A DNA stretch of 64,000 bases from Acidobacteriota bacterium. Lineage in GTDB: Bacteria; Acidobacteriota; Thermoanaerobaculia; Multivoradales; UBA5704. The translations under genes were made by a program, and so were the position numbers. The notes under the pieces were generated by a model, which saw only the letters and a list, made by a program, of their open reading frames with translations, was not told the DNA's origin and did no database searches. This document shows positions 1 to 12,794 of the stretch, piece by piece. The stretch's first letter is position 1, and each line of letters starts with the position of its first letter. The stretch is from the NCBI GenBank assembly GCA_040005235.1, contig JBDTZG010000027.1, positions 8,900 to 72,899 of the forward strand, written 5' to 3'.

Positions 1-39
1 CTTTCCGCCTATTCCAATCTTTGAGCCGCAACCCGAGCT

Positions 40-387
40 TCAAAACTTCGCGTTGCACTTCTTGCAAACGCGCACGCCTTTGCCATCCTCAAGTCGAGCG
101 CGACCGACCCGCGTCGGCTCGCCGCACTCCGGGCAGATCACCTTGACGTTCGACAAGTGAATCGTCCCTTCGCGCTCGAGGATGCCGCCCTGCACGCCCT
201 TCTGCGGGTTCGCCCTAGTGTGGCGCTTGATCATGTTCACGTGCTCGACGACAGCCCGACCTTCGCCCGGCATGACGCGAAGCACTCGGCTTCGCACGCC
301 CCGGTTCCGTCCGGCCATCACCAGCACCTGGTCGTTCTTTTTGACCTGCGCCTTCGGCGCCTTCTGCGTTTTTTCCATCTCGCTCAT
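40..387 (-). CDS. rplX: 50S ribosomal protein L24
   Basis: KOW-like VKKNDQVLVMAGRNRG and EGTIHLSNV motifs; follows rplN. Confidence 0.97.
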   Translation of the reverse strand: MSEMEKTQKAPKAQVKKNDQVLVMAGRNRGVRSRVLRVMPGEGRAVVEHVNMIKRHTRANPQKGVQGGILEREGTIHLSNVKVICPECGEPTRVGRARLEDGKGVRVCKKCNAKF

Positions 388-424
388 GGTGTGAGCTCCC
401 GTACTTAATTCCAGCCCTGACCTG

Positions 425-793
425 CTAGATGACTTCCGGCGCGAGCGAGACGATCTTCATGAACCGACGCTCACGAAGCTCTCTGGCCACCGGGCCGAAG
501 ACGCGCGTTCCGATCGGCTCGCCGTCGTCCTTGATCAACACCGCGGAGTTCGTGTCGAACCGAATGTAGCTGCCGTCTTTACGACGCTGCTCCTTGGCCG
601 TCCGCACGATCACCGCTTTGACCACCTGGCCCTTCTTGACCGTGCCGTCGGGCGACGCCTCTTTGACCGACGCCGTGATCGTGTCGCCCAAGCGGCCGTA
701 CTGGCCGGTCGAGCCACCCCGCATGTGAATGCAGAAGATCTTCTTGGCGCCCGAGTTGTCGGCCACGTCCAGGATCGTTCCCATTTGAATCAT
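425..793 (-). CDS. rplN: 50S ribosomal protein L14
   Basis: MIQ...[28 protein letters not shown]. Confidence 0.99.
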   Translation of the reverse strand: MIQMGTILDVADNSGAKKIFCIHMRGGSTGQYGRLGDTITASVKEASPDGTVKKGQVVKAVIVRTAKEQRRKDGSYIRFDTNSAVLIKDDGEPIGTRVFGPVARELRERRFMKIVSLAPEVI

Positions 794-803
794 GGCTCGC
801 TCC

Positions 804-1118
804 TCACTTCGCCCGCTTCAAGATCTCGCGCACGCGCCAGCGCTTGGTCCGCGACAAGGGGCGGCTCGAAACGATCGCCACCTGGTCGCCGATGTTGCAC
901 TGCAGCTCGTCGTGCGCCGCGAATTTGGTCGTCTTCTTCATCCGGCGGTGATAGAGACGGTCGTTGACCAGGATCTCCACCGCAACGATGACCGTCTGGG
1001 TCATCTTGTTGCTGACCACCGTGCCCACCTTGGTCTGGCGCCGGTTCTGGCGCGCGGCCGCAGGTTCGATCGAACTGATCGGGCTTTCGACTGTTGCTTC
1101 CTCGGTCATCTCGCTCAT
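804..1118 (-). CDS. rpsQ: 30S ribosomal protein S17 (with N-terminal extension)
   Basis: [22 protein letters not shown]; operon position. Confidence 0.97.
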   Translation of the reverse strand: MSEMTEEATVESPISSIEPAAARQNRRQTKVGTVVSNKMTQTVIVAVEILVNDRLYHRRMKKTTKFAAHDELQCNIGDQVAIVSSRPLSRTKRWRVREILKRAK

Positions 1119-1160
1119 GGTGCTTTCGTTCCTTTATCCATCGACCCGCCGGTCCCTGAT

Positions 1161-1388
1161 TCAGCCGCGCGCGGAGCTGCCGGCGGCAGTCCGCTTCGCG
1201 GTGAGGACCGTCAACACGCGTGCGAGATCCCGGCGTACCTGACGCACGCGGGCCGGCTTCTCCAGCTGCCCCGTCACCTTCTGCAGACGCAGGGCGAAGA
1301 GCTGCTCGGCGAGATCCTTCTCTTTTTGCAGCAGCTCGTCGACCGTACTGTCGCGCAGCTCCACAGGCTTCAACGTGGCATTGGCCAT
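1161..1388 (-). CDS. rpmC: 50S ribosomal protein L29
   Basis: [31 protein letters not shown]; between rplP and rpsQ. Confidence 0.97.
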   Translation of the reverse strand: MANATLKPVELRDSTVDELLQKEKDLAEQLFALRLQKVTGQLEKPARVRQVRRDLARVLTVLTAKRTAAGSSARG

Positions 1389-1395
1389 GATCGAG

Positions 1396-1815
1396 TTACC
1401 TCAGCTCCTCGTGCCGGGACACGAAACGGGTCTTGATGCCCAGCTTGTGGGACGCGAGGCGCATCGCCTGCTCGGCGATCTCCTGGGTCACCCCTTCAAG
1501 CTCGTAAAGGATGCGAGCCGGGCGAACCACCGCGACCCACTCCTCGGGATTTCCTTTGCCCTTGCCCATGCGGGTTTCGAGCGGCTTCTTGGTGATCGGC
1601 TTGTCCGGGAAGACCCGAATCCACATCTTGCCGCCGCGCTTGACGGCGCGCGAGATCGCGATGCGGGCGGCCTCGATCTGACGGGCGGTGACCCAGCCCG
1701 GTTCGAGCGCCTGCAAACCGTAGTCACCGAAGGCGATATAGCTACCGCCTTTCGACATCCCGGCACGCCGGCCGCGATGTTGCTTTCTGAACTTGACCTT
1801 CTTCGGCATCAACAT
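1396..1815 (-). CDS. rplP: 50S ribosomal protein L16
   Basis: [22 protein letters not shown]. Confidence 0.99.
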   Translation of the reverse strand: MLMPKKVKFRKQHRGRRAGMSKGGSYIAFGDYGLQALEPGWVTARQIEAARIAISRAVKRGGKMWIRVFPDKPITKKPLETRMGKGKGNPEEWVAVVRPARILYELEGVTQEIAEQAMRLASHKLGIKTRFVSRHEELR

Positions 1816-1845
1816 GGCTGAATCCCCTGACTTGCCGCAGCGCCC

Positions 1846-2496
1846 TTAGGCCGCGGTCCGACGGCTCTTTTCCTTGAGCAGATCGCCTTTGTAAACCCAC
1901 ACCTTGACGCCGATGATGCCGAAAGTGGTGTTCGACTCGGCGAGGCCGTAATCGATGTCCGCCTTGAGCGTGTGGAGCGGCAGGCGTCCTTCCTGGTACC
2001 ACTCGGTGCGCGCGATCTCGGCGCCGCCCAAGCGACCCGCGACCATGATTTTCACGCCCTTGGCGCCGAAGCGGAACGCCGACTCCATCGCCTTCTTCAT
2101 CGCGCGACGGAACGAGACGCGGCGTTCCAGCTGACCGCCGATCGATTCCGCCACCAGCTGGGCGTCGAGCTCGGGGCGCTGGATCTCCTGAATGTTGATA
2201 TGGACCTCGCGGCCCATCTCTTTCTGGAGATCGTCGCGCAGCTTGTCCACTTCCGCGCCGCGCCGGCCGATGATGATGCCCGGCCGCGACGTATAGATCG
2301 TCACCCGCAGCTTGTCGGCCGCCCGCTCGATGTCGATTTCCGAGACGCCGGCATGGCCGAGGCGTTTCTTCAACTGACGCCGAAGCTTCAGGTCCTGGTG
2401 CAGGGTGTCGGCATAGTTGGCGTCCGCGTACCAACGCGAATGCCAGGTCTTGTTATAGACGAGCCGAAACCCGTAAGGATGTGTTTTCTGGCCCAC
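1846..2496 (-). CDS. rpsC: 30S ribosomal protein S3
   Basis: [14 protein letters not shown]-domain [28 protein letters not shown]. Confidence 0.99.
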   Translation of the reverse strand: MGQKTHPYGFRLVYNKTWHSRWYADANYADTLHQDLKLRRQLKKRLGHAGVSEIDIERAADKLRVTIYTSRPGIIIGRRGAEVDKLRDDLQKEMGREVHINIQEIQRPELDAQLVAESIGGQLERRVSFRRAMKKAMESAFRFGAKGVKIMVAGRLGGAEIARTEWYQEGRLPLHTLKADIDYGLAESNTTFGIIGVKVWVYKGDLLKEKSRRTAA

Positions 2497-2508
2497 AGTG
2501 TCTCTCCC

Positions 2509-2901
2509 TTACCTTGAGTCTTTTCGAGCCAGGCCTGAGGCCTTGCCGTCGGCCTTCTTGGTGTCGAGCTTGGTGTCCAGCTTGATGGTGACGTGGCTCT
2601 GCCGCTTCAGGATGCGGAACGCGCGTCCCATCGGCGCCGGCTGGATGCGCTTGAGCATCGGCCCGCCGTCGACGAAAATCTCTTTGACGTAGAGCTTGTC
2701 CACGTCGACATGGCTGTCGCGGTTCTCGGCATTGGCGATCGCCGACTTGAGCAGCTTTTCGATCGGCGCCGCCGCGCGCTTGTTGGTCGAGCGCAGCAGG
2801 TTCACCGCATCTTGTACCGCTCTGCCGCGAATCAGGTCGGCCACCAGCCGAACCTTCTGCGCCGAGCCCTGGAGAAAGCGAAGTCGAGCTGTTACTTCCA
2901 T
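2509..2901 (-). CDS. rplV: 50S ribosomal protein L22
   Basis: KVRLVADLIRG, SAIANAE, GRAFRILKRQSHVTI. Confidence 0.98.
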   Translation of the reverse strand: MEVTARLRFLQGSAQKVRLVADLIRGRAVQDAVNLLRSTNKRAAAPIEKLLKSAIANAENRDSHVDVDKLYVKEIFVDGGPMLKRIQPAPMGRAFRILKRQSHVTIKLDTKLDTKKADGKASGLARKDSR

Positions 2902-2944
2902 GATCTCATCCCCTGTAACCGAAAGGCGCTTGCCGTACGGCGCC

Positions 2945-3232
2945 TCACTTCGGCCTGGCGCCCTTCTCCGCCTTCTTGCCGGTGTGCCCGCGGAACGTGC
3001 GGGTCATGGCGAATTCGCCCAGTTTGTGCCCGACCATGTTCTCGCTCACGTACACCGGGATGAACTTGGTCCCGTTATGCACCGCGAACGTGTGACCCAC
3101 CATGTCGGGCGTGACCGTCGAGCGTCGCGACCAGGTCTTGATCACTCGCTTGTCGCCCTTCTCGTTCATCGCCGAGACCTTGGCGAGCAGGTGGTCGTCG
3201 ATGAAATAACCTTTTTTGAGCGAACGCGCCAT
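2945..3232 (-). CDS. rpsS: 30S ribosomal protein S19
   Basis: [23 protein letters not shown]. Confidence 0.99.
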   Translation of the reverse strand: MARSLKKGYFIDDHLLAKVSAMNEKGDKRVIKTWSRRSTVTPDMVGHTFAVHNGTKFIPVYVSENMVGHKLGEFAMTRTFRGHTGKKAEKGARPK

Positions 3233-3257
3233 GTGTCACCGTCCTCCGGACGAATTC

Positions 3258-4085
3258 TTACTTACGATTCCTGCGCCGCACGATCATTTCGTCCGTACGC
3301 TTGTTGTTGCGTGTCTTGTAACCCTTGGTGGGCACGCCCCACGGAGTCGTCGGATGACGTCCGCCGGAGGTCTTGCCCTCGCCGCCGCCCATCGGGTGGT
3401 CGACCGGGTTCATCGTCACGCCGCGGTTGTGCGGCCGGCGACCGGTCCATCGCGTGCGCCCGGCCTTGCCGAACGACACGTTCTCGTGGTCGAGATTGCC
3501 GACCTGGCCGATCGTGGCGAAGCACTCCACGTGGACCTTCCGGACCTCGCCCGAAGGGAGCTTCACCTGCGCCCAGGCACCGTCCCGGGCCATCAGCTGC
3601 GCTCCCGCTCCGGCAGCGCGGACCATCTGGCCGCCCTTGCCGATCTTGAGCTCGATGTTGTGGATCACCGTGCCAAGCGGAATCAACCGCAAGGGCAGGG
3701 CATTTCCCACGTTCACTTCAGCCTTCTCGCCCGACATCACCTGCGCGCCGACCGCGAGGCCGTTCGGGCAGAGAATGTAGCGCTTCTCGCCATCCACATA
3801 GTGCAGCAGCGCAATGCGCGCCGAACGGTTCGGATCGTATTCGATCGCCGCCACTTCACCCGGGATGCCGTGCTTTTCCCGTTTGAAATCGATCGCGCGG
3901 TAACGCCGCTTATGACCGCCGCCACGCCACCAACTGGTGAGCGCACCACTATTGTTCCGGCCGCCCGTCGAGCTCTTGCCCTGGGTCAGGCTCTTTTCAG
4001 GCCGATCCCGGGTGATCTCGTCGAGCGTCAGGTGTGTCTGGAATCGGCTCGCCGCGTTGGTCGGCTTCCTTTGCTTGATCGCCAT
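3258..4085 (-). CDS. rplB: 50S ribosomal protein L2
   Basis: [25 protein letters not shown]. Confidence 0.99.
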   Translation of the reverse strand: MAIKQRKPTNAASRFQTHLTLDEITRDRPEKSLTQGKSSTGGRNNSGALTSWWRGGGHKRRYRAIDFKREKHGIPGEVAAIEYDPNRSARIALLHYVDGEKRYILCPNGLAVGAQVMSGEKAEVNVGNALPLRLIPLGTVIHNIELKIGKGGQMVRAAGAGAQLMARDGAWAQVKLPSGEVRKVHVECFATIGQVGNLDHENVSFGKAGRTRWTGRRPHNRGVTMNPVDHPMGGGEGKTSGGRHPTTPWGVPTKGYKTRNNKRTDEMIVRRRNRK

Positions 4086-4126
4086 CTTCCGTGATTCCTT
4101 CCCTGGGCGGTTATCGAACTACCGCC

Positions 4127-4417
4127 TCAAGCACCCTCGAAGAACTCGATCGGCTTTTCGCCGTCGGCCAGCCGCACGTAAGCTTTCTTCCAGTCCGGAC
4201 GCCGGCCGACCGAACGGCCCTGACGACGAACCTTCCCGTGCTGATTTGCAATGCGAACCTCAGCCACTTTGACCTTGAACTGGGCTTCGATCGCCTTCTT
4301 GACCTGAATCTTGTTCGCGGTGACCGCGACCTCGAAGGCGACGATGTTGCGCTCTTCGCGCAGCTCGGTCGACTTCTCGGTGATCAGGGGACGGCGAATC
4401 ACATCCTGGACTCTCAT
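4127..4417 (-). CDS. rplW: 50S ribosomal protein L23 (start moved to ATG 4417, ATGA overlap with rplD stop)
   Basis: C-terminal 96 aa of ORF 4127..4795: RRPLITEKS, ANKIQVKKA, WKKAYVRL. Confidence 0.96.
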   Translation of the reverse strand: MRVQDVIRRPLITEKSTELREERNIVAFEVAVTANKIQVKKAIEAQFKVKVAEVRIANQHGKVRRQGRSVGRRPDWKKAYVRLADGEKPIEFFEGA

Positions 4418-5040
4418 TTCGCGAGCACCTCCACCAGCCGGTCGAGAGCGGACGTGCTGATCACGAAGTGCCGCCGGTCCACGACGTCGTAAACATTGAC
4501 CGCGAGAGCGTCCACCGTCTTCAGCTTCGGATGGTTGCGCACGGCGAGGTTGAGCTCGCGGTTTTCGTGGGTGTCGACCAGCAGGACTTTGCCCTCGAAT
4601 CCGAGCTTGGCGAGCTTCGCTCCGAGATCCTTGGTCTTGTGCGAGCTGAGACCCAAGGTGTCGATCACGAAGATCTCGGACTCGGCGAGCTTCCTCGAAA
4701 GCGCCGACTTGAGCGCATTCCGCTTCTCGCGCGGCGAGATGTCCTTCTCGTAGCTGCGCGGCTGCGGACCGTGCACCGTGCCGCCATGGCGCCACTTCGG
4801 GTTGCGGATGTCGCCGGTGCGGGCCCGCCCGGTCCCCTTCTGGCGCCAGAGCTTCTTGCCCGAGCCGGAAACCTCGGAGCGATCCTTCACCTTGTGGGTG
4901 CCGCTGCGGCGAGCAGCAAGCGTAGCCACCACGACCTCGTGGATCAGGTGCTCGTTGTAGGGATAGGCGAACACCGACTCCGGCAGCTCGATCTCGCGCA
5001 CCGCCTGGTTATCGAAGTTCTTGACCGCGATCTTCATCAT
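4414..5040 (-). CDS. rplD: 50S ribosomal protein L4
   Basis: GTHKVKDRSEVSGSGKKLWRQKGTGRAR. Confidence 0.99.
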   Translation of the reverse strand: MMKIAVKNFDNQAVREIELPESVFAYPYNEHLIHEVVVATLAARRSGTHKVKDRSEVSGSGKKLWRQKGTGRARTGDIRNPKWRHGGTVHGPQPRSYEKDISPREKRNALKSALSRKLAESEIFVIDTLGLSSHKTKDLGAKLAKLGFEGKVLLVDTHENRELNLAVRNHPKLKTVDALAVNVYDVVDRRHFVISTSALDRLVEVLAK

Positions 5041-5069
5041 TTATGTCCTTGAGCTGGGTCCTTGGCAAA

Positions 5070-5696
5070 TCAGCCGCGCTTGGCCCGGCGAATTTGAACG
5101 TAGCTGTTGATGGCCCCGGGTACCGCACCGCGCACGTAGATCAGGTTCTTCTCGGCGTCGACTTTGACGACCAACAGGTTCTTGGTCGTGATCCGATCGC
5201 CGCCCATCCGGCCGGGAGCGCGCATTCCGGGGAAGACCCGCGACGGATAGGCCGAAGAGCCGATCGAACCGGGAGCGCGGTGATGCATCGAACCGTGGGT
5301 GTCCTTGCCGCCACCGAAACCGTGGCGCTTGATGACTCCCTGAAAACCCTTGCCCTTGCTGGTTCCGACCACATCCACGTACTCCTTTTCGGAGAACATG
5401 GAGGCCTTCACCTCGTCGCCCGGCTTCGGATCCTCGTCGGCGCCGAAATCGAACTCGGCGAGGGTGCGCGTCGGCGCAACGCCGGCCTTCTTGAAGTGGC
5501 CCGCAATGGGCTTGTTCGCCTTATACCGCTTGGCTTCCACGAGGCCGAGCTGGACCGCCTCGTAGCCGTCTTTTCCCGCCGTCCGCCGCTGGACCACCAG
5601 GCACGGACCTGCTTCGATCACGGTCACCGGAACGGCGTGGCCGTTCTCGATGTAGATCTGGGTCATGCCCAACTTTCGTCCCAACATGCCATCCAT
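5070..5696 (-). CDS. rplC: 50S ribosomal protein L3
   Basis: [32 protein letters not shown]. Confidence 0.99.
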   Translation of the reverse strand: MDGMLGRKLGMTQIYIENGHAVPVTVIEAGPCLVVQRRTAGKDGYEAVQLGLVEAKRYKANKPIAGHFKKAGVAPTRTLAEFDFGADEDPKPGDEVKASMFSEKEYVDVVGTSKGKGFQGVIKRHGFGGGKDTHGSMHHRAPGSIGSSAYPSRVFPGMRAPGRMGGDRITTKNLLVVKVDAEKNLIYVRGAVPGAINSYVQIRRAKRG

Positions 5697-5729
5697 CGCC
5701 GAGTCTCTCCTGGCCGCTTGCCGCGCCGC

Positions 5730-6047
5730 TTACTTACCGAATGCCTTGATCTCGACGTCCACACCTGCGGGCAGCTCGAGTTTCATCAGCGCGTCGACGG
5801 TCTGGCTGGTCGGTTCGAAAATATCGAGCAGCCGCTTATGGGTACGAATCTCGAACTGTTCCCGCGACTTCTTGTCGACGTGCGGAGAGCGGTTCACGGT
5901 ATAGCGCGAGATGTGCGTCGGCAGCGGGATCGGTCCCACCACGCGCGCACCGGTGCGCCGTGCCGTATCCAGGATCTCGTGCGTCGAGGTGTCCAGGATG
6001 CGGTAGTCGAAAGCCTTCAGGCGGATCCGAATCTTTTCGTTGACCAT
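5730..6047 (-). CDS. rpsJ: 30S ribosomal protein S10
   Basis: [30 protein letters not shown]. Confidence 0.99.
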   Translation of the reverse strand: MVNEKIRIRLKAFDYRILDTSTHEILDTARRTGARVVGPIPLPTHISRYTVNRSPHVDKKSREQFEIRTHKRLLDIFEPTSQTVDALMKLELPAGVDVEIKAFGK

Positions 6048-6083
6048 TGTCTGTTCTTTCCGTTCCGTCCGTTGCGGGTCGGT

Positions 6084-7289
<1,206 letters not shown>

Positions 7290-7383
7290 GGCGCCCGAAT
7301 CCTCTCTCGACTCTCTGCTATCGCTCTAAAACCGGAATCTCGTTCGAAGTCTCGACTCGTAACTCGTTCTTGCTCTCGAAGCC

Positions 7384-9465
7384 CTAGCCTGCCGCCTTCG
7401 CCACAACCTCTTCGGCGACCGCCTTCGGCGCCTGCTCGTAGCTCGCGAACTGCATGCTGTAGTTGGCGCGCCCCTGGGACATCGACCGCAAGTCGGTCGA
7501 GTAACCGAACATCTCCGAAAGGGGTACCCGCGCCTCGATCACCTGGGCGTTGCCGCGCGCTTCCATCGACTGGATGCGACCGCGGCGCGAGGTGATGTCA
7601 CCGATCACGTCGCCCATATAGGTGTCCGGGGTCACCACCTCGACCGCCATCACCGGCTCGAGCAAAACCGGACGCGCCCGTTTGAGGGCATCCTGGAGCG
7701 CCATCGATCCGGCGATCTTGAAGGCGATTTCGGACGAGTCCACGTCGTGGTACGAACCGAAGATCAAATCGACTTCGAGCCCGACCAACGGGAACCCGGC
7801 GAGCGGTCCCGTCGAGGCCGCCTCGTGGATGCCCTGGTCGACCGGCTTGATGTACTCCTTCGGGATCACGCCGCCGACGATCTTGTTGTTGAACACGTAG
7901 TCTTTTTCGCCCGGACGGATGGTGATCTTCGCGTGGCCGTACTGGCCGCGACCGCCGGTCTGACGAACGAAGCGTGCCTCGCCCGTAGCCTCGGCCGTGA
8001 TCGCCTCTTTATAAGCGACCTGCGGCTTGCCGACGTTGGCGCTGACGTTGAACTCGCGCACCAGGCGATCGACGATGATCTCCAGATGCAGCTCGCCCAT
8101 GCCCGAGATCAGGGTCTGGCCGGTGTCCTTCTCGGTGTGGACGCGGAAGGTCGGGTCTTCCTGCATCAGCTTGCCGAGCGCCATGCCCATCTTTTCCTGG
8201 TCGGCTTTGGTCTTCGGCTCGATCGAGACCGAAATGACCGGCTCGGGAAAGTTCATCGCTTCGAGCACGACCGGATGCTTCTGATCGCAGATCGTGTCGC
8301 CGGTGGTGACGTTCTTCAAGCCGACCGCCGCCGCGATATCACCCGCCCACACTTCGGAGATTTCCTCGCGCTTGTTGGCGTGCATCTTCAAGAGCCGGCC
8401 GATCCGATCGCTGGTGCCCTTCTTCGCGTTGAGCACCGAGGTTCCCGATTCGACGCGTCCCGAATAGACGCGGAAGAAGGTGAGCTGGCCGACGTACGGA
8501 TCGGTCATGATCTTAAAGATCAAACCCGCGAACGGCTCATCGTCGGCCGCGCGGCGCGAGGTCGGCTGATCGGTCCCCGGATCGATGCCCTCGATCGCCG
8601 GTACGTCGAGCGGCGAGGGGAGCAGATCCACCACCGCGTCGAGCAGAGGCTGAACACCCTTGTTTTTGAATGCACTGCCGCAGACCACTGGATGAAGCTT
8701 GCCTTCGAGCACCGCTTTGCGAAGAGCAACCTTGAGCTCGGAGACCGAGATCGCCTCGCCGCCTAAGTACTTCTCCAGCAAAGCATCGTCGGTCTCGGAG
8801 ATCGCTTCGACCATCTTCTCGCGCGATTCGATCGCATAGTCGCGATCCTCTGCGTCGAGCGTGTCGATGCCAACGATCTCGTAGTCGGCACCCATGGCCT
8901 CGTCTTTATAAAGGATGCCGCGCAGCTCGATGAGATCGATGATCCCCTTGAGCTTGTCTTCCTTTCCCCAAGGAAGCTGGATCGGAACCGGACGCGCGCC
9001 GAGGCGCGAGACCATCATCGAAACGCAACGCTCAAAATCGGCGCCGACGCGGTCCATCTTGTTGACGAACGCGATGCGCGGGACGTTGTAGCGATCGGCC
9101 TGGCGCCAGACGGTCTCGGACTGGGGCTCGACGCCCGCGACCGCATCGAACACGGCGACCGCGCCATCGAGAACGCGAAGCGAGCGCTCCACCTCGGCCG
9201 TGAAGTCGACGTGACCGGGCGTGTCGATGATGTTGATCCGGTGGCCCTTCCAGAAGCAGGTCGTCGCGGCGGACGTAATGGTGATGCCGCGCTCCTGCTC
9301 TTGCACCATCCAGTCCATGGTGGCCGTTCCCTCATGAACCTCACCGATCTTGTAGTTGACCCCGGTGTAGAAAAGGATCCGCTCGGTGGTGGTCGTCTTA
9401 CCGGCATCGATGTGGGCCATGATGCCGATGTTTCGCGTGTCTTTGAGGGGTGATTGCCTGGCCAT
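7384..9465 (-). CDS. fusA: Elongation factor G
   Basis: [32 protein letters not shown]. Confidence 0.99.
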   Translation of the reverse strand: MARQSPLKDTRNIGIMAHIDAGKTTTTERILFYTGVNYKIGEVHEGTATMDWMVQEQERGITITSAATTCFWKGHRINIIDTPGHVDFTAEVERSLRVLDGAVAVFDAVAGVEPQSETVWRQADRYNVPRIAFVNKMDRVGADFERCVSMMVSRLGARPVPIQLPWGKEDKLKGIIDLIELRGILYKDEAMGADYEIVGIDTLDAEDRDYAIESREKMVEAISETDDALLEKYLGGEAISVSELKVALRKAVLEGKLHPVVCGSAFKNKGVQPLLDAVVDLLPSPLDVPAIEGIDPGTDQPTSRRAADDEPFAGLIFKIMTDPYVGQLTFFRVYSGRVESGTSVLNAKKGTSDRIGRLLKMHANKREEISEVWAGDIAAAVGLKNVTTGDTICDQKHPVVLEAMNFPEPVISVSIEPKTKADQEKMGMALGKLMQEDPTFRVHTEKDTGQTLISGMGELHLEIIVDRLVREFNVSANVGKPQVAYKEAITAEATGEARFVRQTGGRGQYGHAKITIRPGEKDYVFNNKIVGGVIPKEYIKPVDQGIHEAASTGPLAGFPLVGLEVDLIFGSYHDVDSSEIAFKIAGSMALQDALKRARPVLLEPVMAVEVVTPDTYMGDVIGDITSRRGRIQSMEARGNAQVIEARVPLSEMFGYSTDLRSMSQGRANYSMQFASYEQAPKAVAEEVVAKAAG

Positions 9466-9553
9466 GATTTCGACTGCCTCTGCGATCTACCTTACGAGTT
9501 CGGTTACGGGCTGCAGCGTTTCGGTCGCGACTTGACGAATCGGGTCGCGCGGA

Positions 9554-10024
9554 CTACCAGCGGTAATGGGCGAAGGCTTTGTTCGCCTCGGCCATACGGT
9601 GCGTGTCTTCGCGCTTCTTGATCGCGGTGCCGCGCCCTTCGGCGGCGTCCATCAGCTCCGCCGCGAGGCGGGCGCGCATGGTCTTTTCGCCCCGCGCCTG
9701 AGCGGTCGCGATCAACCAACGCATCGAAAGGGCCAGGCGACGGGCCGGCCGCACTTCGACGGGTACCTGATAGGTCGAACCGCCGACGCGGCGCGATTTG
9801 ACCTCGACCGAAGGCTTGACGTTCTCGACCGCCTTCTTGAACACCTTCATCGGATCGTCGCCGGTCTTTTCCCGGATCGCGTCCAGGGCGGCGTACAAAA
9901 TGCGCTCGGCGGTGGTCTTCTTACCGTCGCGCATGACGACGTTGACGAACTTGGTCACCAGCTGCGAGTTGTACAAGGGATCCGGCAGGATCTCTCGCTT
10001 GGGTACTTCTCTGCGCCTCGGCAT
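9554..10024 (-). CDS. rpsG: 30S ribosomal protein S7
   Basis: [27 protein letters not shown]. Confidence 0.99.
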   Translation of the reverse strand: MPRRREVPKREILPDPLYNSQLVTKFVNVVMRDGKKTTAERILYAALDAIREKTGDDPMKVFKKAVENVKPSVEVKSRRVGGSTYQVPVEVRPARRLALSMRWLIATAQARGEKTMRARLAAELMDAAEGRGTAIKKREDTHRMAEANKAFAHYRW

Positions 10025-10071
10025 TGTTTCGTGTTCCTCTGGCCGTGTTCTCTAGCTCTAGATCGGAGAAG

Positions 10072-10446
10072 TTACGACTTCGGCCGCTTGGTGCCGTACT
10101 TGGAGCGGCTCTGTTTGCGGCCGTTGACGCCGACGGCGTCCAGCGTGCCGCGGACGACGTGGTAACGCACGCCCGGGAGATCCTTCACTCGGCCGCCGCG
10201 GATGAGCACGATCGAGTGCTCCTGCAGGTTGTGGCCGACGCCCGGGATGTAGGTGGTCACCTCGATGCCGTTGGTCAACCGCACGCGAGCCACCTTGCGC
10301 AGCGCGGAGTTCGGCTTCTTCGGCGTCTGGGTATAGACGCGGACACAGACGCCCCGCTTCTGAGGGGACCCCTGAAGGGCCGGAGCTTTCGTCTTGTAGA
10401 CGACCTTCTCGCGCCCCTTGCGCACCAACTGATGAATCGTAGGCAT
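10072..10446 (-). CDS. rpsL: 30S ribosomal protein S12
   Basis: [30 protein letters not shown]. Confidence 0.99.
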   Translation of the reverse strand: MPTIHQLVRKGREKVVYKTKAPALQGSPQKRGVCVRVYTQTPKKPNSALRKVARVRLTNGIEVTTYIPGVGHNLQEHSIVLIRGGRVKDLPGVRYHVVRGTLDAVGVNGRKQSRSKYGTKRPKS

Positions 10447-10682
10447 ACCGTTCCAATCTCCGTCGTATGTCCTGTTCCAAAATTCCCTATGGCCGTTACG
10501 GAGCGAGACGGGCCATCAGCCGCCAAAAGCTGGCAGCGAGACCCTGAGGAACCGCTCCTCACGATGTCCCGAGCGAGGAAGTGCGGCTCGGGAACTTGTC
10601 TTTAACTCTCGCGGGGAAATCCCCGCGGAGAAGACTCCGCCCCGGTCCCGGGAGGGACCCTCGGCGGCTGGGAAACCCGCGT

Positions 10683-10711
10683 ACCTTACCCGAAGGTGCC
10701 AGACCCGTCAA
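10683..10711 (-). promoter_or_regulatory. Putative sigma70 promoter of the str/S10 operon
   Basis: Minus-strand TTGACG (10711-10706), 17 nt, TAAGGT (10688-10683), about 230 nt upstream of rpsL. Confidence 0.6.
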
Positions 10712-10806
10712 GAGACGGTTCGAGCAGCCGGACGGGAACCAGTTCGGCGGTGAGGCGCAAGATAGCGCATCGGGACCTGAAGGGGAAGGGGGTTAGAGAA
10801 GTTCGC

Positions 10807-11718
10807 TCATTCCGGCCCCCACCGCCCAAAGAGAGCGGTCGGCAGCACCCGGCCGGTCGCCCGTTCCGCCAGGCAGATCTCGCCGCTCTCGATGGTTCCT
10901 CCCAGCCCTCCGAGCGTCTCTAGAAGCAGGTAGTGCAGGCTCGCAAACGAGGCGCGGATGGCGTAGGTGGTGAGCACAAGGAAGAGAGCCTCGGGCGCAA
11001 GAAGCTGGCGGCAGAGCGCGAGAACCTCGGGGAGGTCGTCGAAAAGCTTCCAGACCTGCCCCTGATCGCCGCGGCCGAATTTCGGCGGGTCGAGGAAAAT
11101 GCCGTCGTAGCTCCTGCCGCGGCGGACCTCGCGACGCAGGAACGCGACCACGTCTTCCGCGATCCAGCGGATCGACCGCTCGTCGAGCCCTGAGAGCGCC
11201 TGGTTCTCTTTCGCCCATGCGATCGCCTTCTTCGACGCGTCGACGTGAGTGACCTCCGCCCCGGCGAGCGCTGCGGCGATCGACGCCGCTCCGGTGTAGG
11301 CGAACAGATTGAGAACGCGCGGCGCGCGGCCGGTCGCCCGGGCGGCGGCAATTCTCTTTGCCGCCCAATCCCAATGGCTCGCCTGCTCGGGAAAGAGGCC
11401 CAGATGACGAAAGGGCGTAAGACGCGCCGCGAGCACTACACCCCCCGCCCGGCCCGGATACGAGATCGGCCAGCTCTCGGGCAGCGGTTTCGGGCTGCGC
11501 CAGTTCCCCGAGTCCTCCGCGCTTCCGGCCTCGAAGATCGCATCCGCGGCAAGCCATTCGCGCTCCGGCAGCGACCGCCGCCACATCGCCTGCGGCTCAG
11601 GGCGGATCACCCGGACCGCACCGTAGCGTTCGAGCTTGGCGCCCGCGCCGCTGTCGAGCAGGGCGTAGTCGGTCCAGGCCGCGGCGACCAGGAGGCGGCA
11701 TTCAGGGTTTTTCGGCAT
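10807..11718 (-). CDS. Class I SAM-dependent methyltransferase (RlmI/RlmK-like)
   Basis: VLNLFAYTG SAM-binding motif, VDAS, LDPPKFG; N-terminal YALLDSGAGAKLERYG. Confidence 0.88.
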   Translation of the reverse strand: MPKNPECRLLVAAAWTDYALLDSGAGAKLERYGAVRVIRPEPQAMWRRSLPEREWLAADAIFEAGSAEDSGNWRSPKPLPESWPISYPGRAGGVVLAARLTPFRHLGLFPEQASHWDWAAKRIAAARATGRAPRVLNLFAYTGAASIAAALAGAEVTHVDASKKAIAWAKENQALSGLDERSIRWIAEDVVAFLRREVRRGRSYDGIFLDPPKFGRGDQGQVWKLFDDLPEVLALCRQLLAPEALFLVLTTYAIRASFASLHYLLLETLGGLGGTIESGEICLAERATGRVLPTALFGRWGPE

Positions 11719-11789
11719 CGGCCGGGATTCTAGCCCGACCGCTATGGGCCTCGCTTCGCGGCCGGAGACCTGATAGAAACCGCCGCACC

Positions 11790-12749
11790 ATGACCCAAAT
11801 CGGATCTAGTTCTCGCCGTCAGGCGATCTGCCCTTGGCTTGCCTTCGCTTTCTTCTCCGTTATTTTTTCCGCCTGTGGAGGCAGCGGCTCTTCGGAGCCC
11901 GCCACTCCGGCGGGTCAGGTCGCCGCGGCAACGACTTCCGAGATCGGCTCTACCGATGCGACCAATGGCCCCCGGCGCCATATCTCGCGCTCCGGCCGCA
12001 CCGCTTCGGAGCGCGGGCACTTGCGCTTCAGCTACGCCAAGGTCACCAATCCGGACCACGTCGAGCTCAAGAAGATCTTCCACGACGAACGTTACTTCGA
12101 AGAGGTGGTGGAGGATCTCGACAAGACGTTGGTCCTGCCGCGCAATCTCGACGTCAAGCTGCAGGAATGCGGTGAAGTGAACGCCTTCTACGACCCCGAG
12201 GACAAAGCGGTCCATCTTTGCTACGAGCTGCTCGACCATTTCCTGGAGATCTTCGGCACAGACGCCAAGACCGACGAGGAGAACGAAGAGGCGGCAGGCA
12301 AGGCGATCGCCGCCCTGACCTTTGTCTTCTACCACGAGCTGGGGCACGCGCTGATCGATCTATACGACCTCCCGGTTACCGGTAAAGAGGAAGATGCCGT
12401 CGACCAGCTCGCCACCGTGATGCTGCTCGAAACCTGGGATGGCGAGGAAAGCGAGCTCGCCCTTACCGCGAGCGCCGAATGGTTCGACTCCTCCGCCGCG
12501 GAGCGCGAAGAGGACCCCGACATGGCCGACGAGCACGCCTTGGACGAGCAGCGCTATTACAACCTTCTCTGTTGGACCTACGGCAGCGACCCCGACTACT
12601 TCAAGGACCAGCTGGAAGACTGGCAACTCCCGGAAGAGCGCGCCGAACGCTGCCCCGAGGAGTACCAGAAGATGTCGCGCTCCTGGGACCAGCTCCTCGG
12701 TCCGCACATGGTGGAGGTGCCGGAGGATGAGGAGACTCCGGCGTCGTAG
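11790..12749 (+). CDS. Lipoprotein, DUF4344-type putative metallopeptidase
   Basis: Lipobox-like IFSAC; CGEVNAFYD, HELGHAL zinc motif, EEDAVDQLA, DEHALDEQR. Confidence 0.8.
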   Translation: MTQIGSSSRRQAICPWLAFAFFSVIFSACGGSGSSEPATPAGQVAAATTSEIGSTDATNGPRRHISRSGRTASERGHLRFSYAKVTNPDHVELKKIFHDERYFEEVVEDLDKTLVLPRNLDVKLQECGEVNAFYDPEDKAVHLCYELLDHFLEIFGTDAKTDEENEEAAGKAIAALTFVFYHELGHALIDLYDLPVTGKEEDAVDQLATVMLLETWDGEESELALTASAEWFDSSAAEREEDPDMADEHALDEQRYYNLLCWTYGSDPDYFKDQLEDWQLPEERAERCPEEYQKMSRSWDQLLGPHMVEVPEDEETPAS

Positions 12750-12794
12750 AGAGGCGAGGCGGCTCGGAAACGAAGAAACCGCTATTCTTCCTCA

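Noticed and set aside
2557-2583. 12-bp duplication in rplV (KLDTKLDT)
   Set aside because: Small in-frame slippage in a variable C-terminal tail.
7290-7383. CTCG-rich 6-nt periodic stretch between fusA and tuf
   Set aside because: Short, degenerate low-complexity spacer with no further evidence of function.
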